Shown: one piece after another, positions 62,171-64,000 of the stretch
Position numbering within the stretch: the first letter of the stretch is position 1
Layout: the number at the start of each line of letters is the position of its first letter
From: Dehalococcoidia bacterium
GTDB lineage: Bacteria > Chloroflexota > Dehalococcoidia > Lucifugimonadales > UBA2985
Assembly (NCBI GenBank): GCA_965247535.1
Contig: OZ252018.1
Location: forward strand, 1,783,813 to 1,847,812
DNA: 64,000 nt
Direction: 5' to 3'
Program-made: the position numbers and the translations under genes
The notes under the pieces: model-generated
The model's input: only the letters and a program-made list of their open reading frames with translations
Databases searched by the model: none
What the model was told of the DNA's origin: nothing

Positions 62171-64000
62171 CCCGGGCTGATCGTGAACCCCGCCCGTGTA
62201 ACGATAGTAAACGACGACACCTCCGGCATATCCCTCTCCAAGGACTCCCTCACCGTCCGGGAGGGAAGGACAAGCCCATACGCGGTCTGGCTGGACTCGG
62301 AGCCCACCGGGACCGTCACGGTAACCGTTGACGTCCCGGCGAACGCCGGGTTCACCGTGAACCCCGGAACCCTCACATTCACCCCCCAGAGTTGGGGAAC
62401 ACAGCAGGTATTCGTCAGGGGCACTCTGGACCTGGACGGCGACGACGAACCGCCGGCGGTGATCACCCATTCCATCAGTAGCCCCGACCTCAAGTACGAC
62501 GGCGCCGCCGCCGGCAGCGTGACGGTAACGGTGCGGGACATCTCCGCCGCCCAGGTAACGGTATCCCCCACCGAACTGACCATCAACGAGGGCGGGACCG
62601 GTACCTACACGGTCTCTCTGGACACCGAGCCGCCCGGTGACGTGACCGTGACCATCGGCGGCGCCGGAACGGCCCTCACTCTGGACAGCGACACCCTCAC
62701 CTTCACCACAATCAACTGGGGCACAGCCCAGAACGTGACGGTCACCGCGAACGAGGACGACAACGCCGCCCAGGACTCCCACACCCTCACCCACACGGTG
62801 AGCGGAGGGGGATACGACGGGATAACGGTCGATGATGTCGTGGCAACCGTCACCGACAACGACACCGCCGGCGTCACCATCGAGCCCACGGCGATCACGG
62901 TCGTCGCCGGCAGGAGCAACGAATACACAATTGTGCTGGACACGGAACCGACGGGCAACGTGGTGGTGTTCGCCCAAGGCTATGCGGGCACGGGCCTGGA
63001 TGCGGACGATCCAGTGCCGGTCTTCAACGACACGAACTGGAGCACCCCACAGACGGTGGAGCTGACGGCGCTCCCGGACGCCGCCAGGGCCACGGTGAGT
63101 ATCAACCACATTGCGGCCAATGGGGGCTACGACGGCGTCCTGGTGGACGACGTGATGTTGACCCTGCTCGCTGCGCCAAACGGGGCGCTGGTGCAGATCG
63201 GAGTCACGACATCGGACCAGGACCTGACGGTGGGAGAAGGCCAGAGCGAGACCTACACCGTGGTGCTGGGCCACAGGCCAGCCGGCGACGTAACCGTCAC
63301 CCTGGGAGGCGTCAGCAACACCGACCTAACGTTGAGCGACAGCACGCTGACCTTCACCCAGACCAACTGGAATGCTGCGCAGACAGTAACGGTGACGGCG
63401 GCCCACGACGGCGATGCCCTGGACGACACGGTGACGATCACGCACACCGTGGCCTCGGCCGACGACACCGCAGGCGTCACTATCTCCGAGACCTCGCTGA
63501 CCATCCTGGAAGGAAACACCGGCACCTATACCGTGGTACTTCGTACCCAGCCGGCAGGAAACGTCACCGTGGCCATCGGCGGCGGCGGAACCGACGTGTC
63601 GCTCGACAAGACCACGCTGACCTTCACGGACCAGAACTGGAGCACGGCCCAGACGGTAACGGTCACAGCGACCGACGACGCAATCGACGAAGAGAGCGAG
63701 AGTTTCACCCTCACGCACACCGTGAGCAGCACTGCCGACACGGACTACAACGGGATCACCACCGGGAGCGTTACCGTCTCGATCACCGACAACGACACCG
63801 CGGGGGTGACCATCAACCCCACCACGCTGACCGTAACCGAGGGAGGGACTAACACCTACACCATCGTGTTGGCCAGCCAGCCCGCCGGGGACGTCACGGT
63901 AATGGTCAATGACCCCACGGACAACACCGACGTGACCACCGACCCAGCCAGCATCACCTTCACGACTACCGATTGGAACACGGCCCGGACGGTCACGGTA
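62171..64000 (+). CDS. giant gene fragment 9: tandem ~105-aa beta-sandwich repeats, open to window end (not in ORF track)
   Basis: Hand translation in the same frame as 61709..62170: PGLIVNPARVTIVNDDTSGISLSKDSLTVREG.., then about 6 repeats of the pattern DNDTAGVTI.PT.LTV.EG.T.TYT.VL...P.GDVTV....LTFT..NW..AQTVTVTA..D.D. No stop codon appears before base 64000. Confidence 0.7.

Larger units (their letters stand above)
52455..64000 (+). pseudogene. giant Calx-beta / beta-sandwich repeat surface protein (adhesin-like), reading frame broken at least 11 times, 3' end beyond window
   Basis: A signal peptide at 52455 is followed by continuous domain homology across frames 0,1,2,1,0,2,0,2,0,2. Frame switches lie at about 52846-52850, 53936-53939, 55004-55010, 56453-56457, 56563-56566, 56706-56711, 57738-57745, 58361-58364 and 61568-61572. 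In-frame stops are TAG 61625-61627 and TAA 62168-62170. This could be an intact >3,800-aa gene if the breaks are sequencing errors. Confidence 0.75.

Noticed and set aside
62090-63274. 394-aa minus-strand ORF (and 62167..62586, 62605..62958, 63253..63741 minus ORFs) across the 3' repeat region
   Set aside because: The plus strand in frame 2 encodes clean ~105-aa tandem beta-sandwich repeats with no stop up to the window end. The minus-strand products are Gly/Arg/Val-rich mirror artefacts of that repeat.
52455-64000. Tandem repeats as a CRISPR array or other non-coding array
   Set aside because: The repeats are 300-1300 nt long and imperfect, and they translate into coherent beta-sandwich domains. 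There is no short direct-repeat/spacer organisation anywhere in the window.

Overview
High-GC bacterial chromosomal fragment (roughly 60-65% by eye; not computed). A Trp T-box, a class-E-like sortase and the GroEL/GyrB sequences suggest a Chloroflexota-like lineage, but that is a low-confidence inference. Bases 1-35,400 are an ordinary core region in which every gene reads intact: sulfite/nitrite reductase (5' partial), a two-domain ThyX-like protein, gyrA and gyrB (divergent, with a PEPCK-like protein and a C26 amidotransferase in the gyrA transcription unit), sortase, trpE, trpS behind a Trp T-box leader, tRNA-Gly(UCC), nth, argC, tRNA-Glu(UUC), a 2-hydroxyacid dehydrogenase, two MFS transporters, GNAT, pth, ligA, DUF1015, groES/groEL with promoter plus CIRCE, a UPF0104 membrane protein, rsmG, and an ECF sigma with a DUF4349 anti-sigma-like partner. 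A family of about 35-nt palindromic REP-like units is scattered in the intergenic regions. From 35.4 kb the window becomes accessory. It holds a large serine recombinase whose stop codon lies inside a truncated REP unit, an IS481-like element with a frameshifted transposase, and two tandem, strongly diverged copies of a gene module of unknown function that share a near-identical 32-bp AT-rich element. AT-richer non-coding DNA with repeats follows. Next come an SBP/histidine kinase/NarL-type regulator operon, a secreted protein with two PPC-like domains, an atypical OmpR-type regulator fused in frame to a Calx-beta fragment, a DegV gene with an in-frame TAG and a G16 tract, and MarR. The window ends in a giant (>11.5 kb, runs off the window) Calx-beta/beta-sandwich repeat adhesin-like gene broken by at least 9 frameshifts and 2 in-frame stops. 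The best candidate for something undescribed is the duplicated unknown-function module (38.8-43.4 kb) together with the REP-embedded serine recombinase. I could not assign a function to it from sequence alone.
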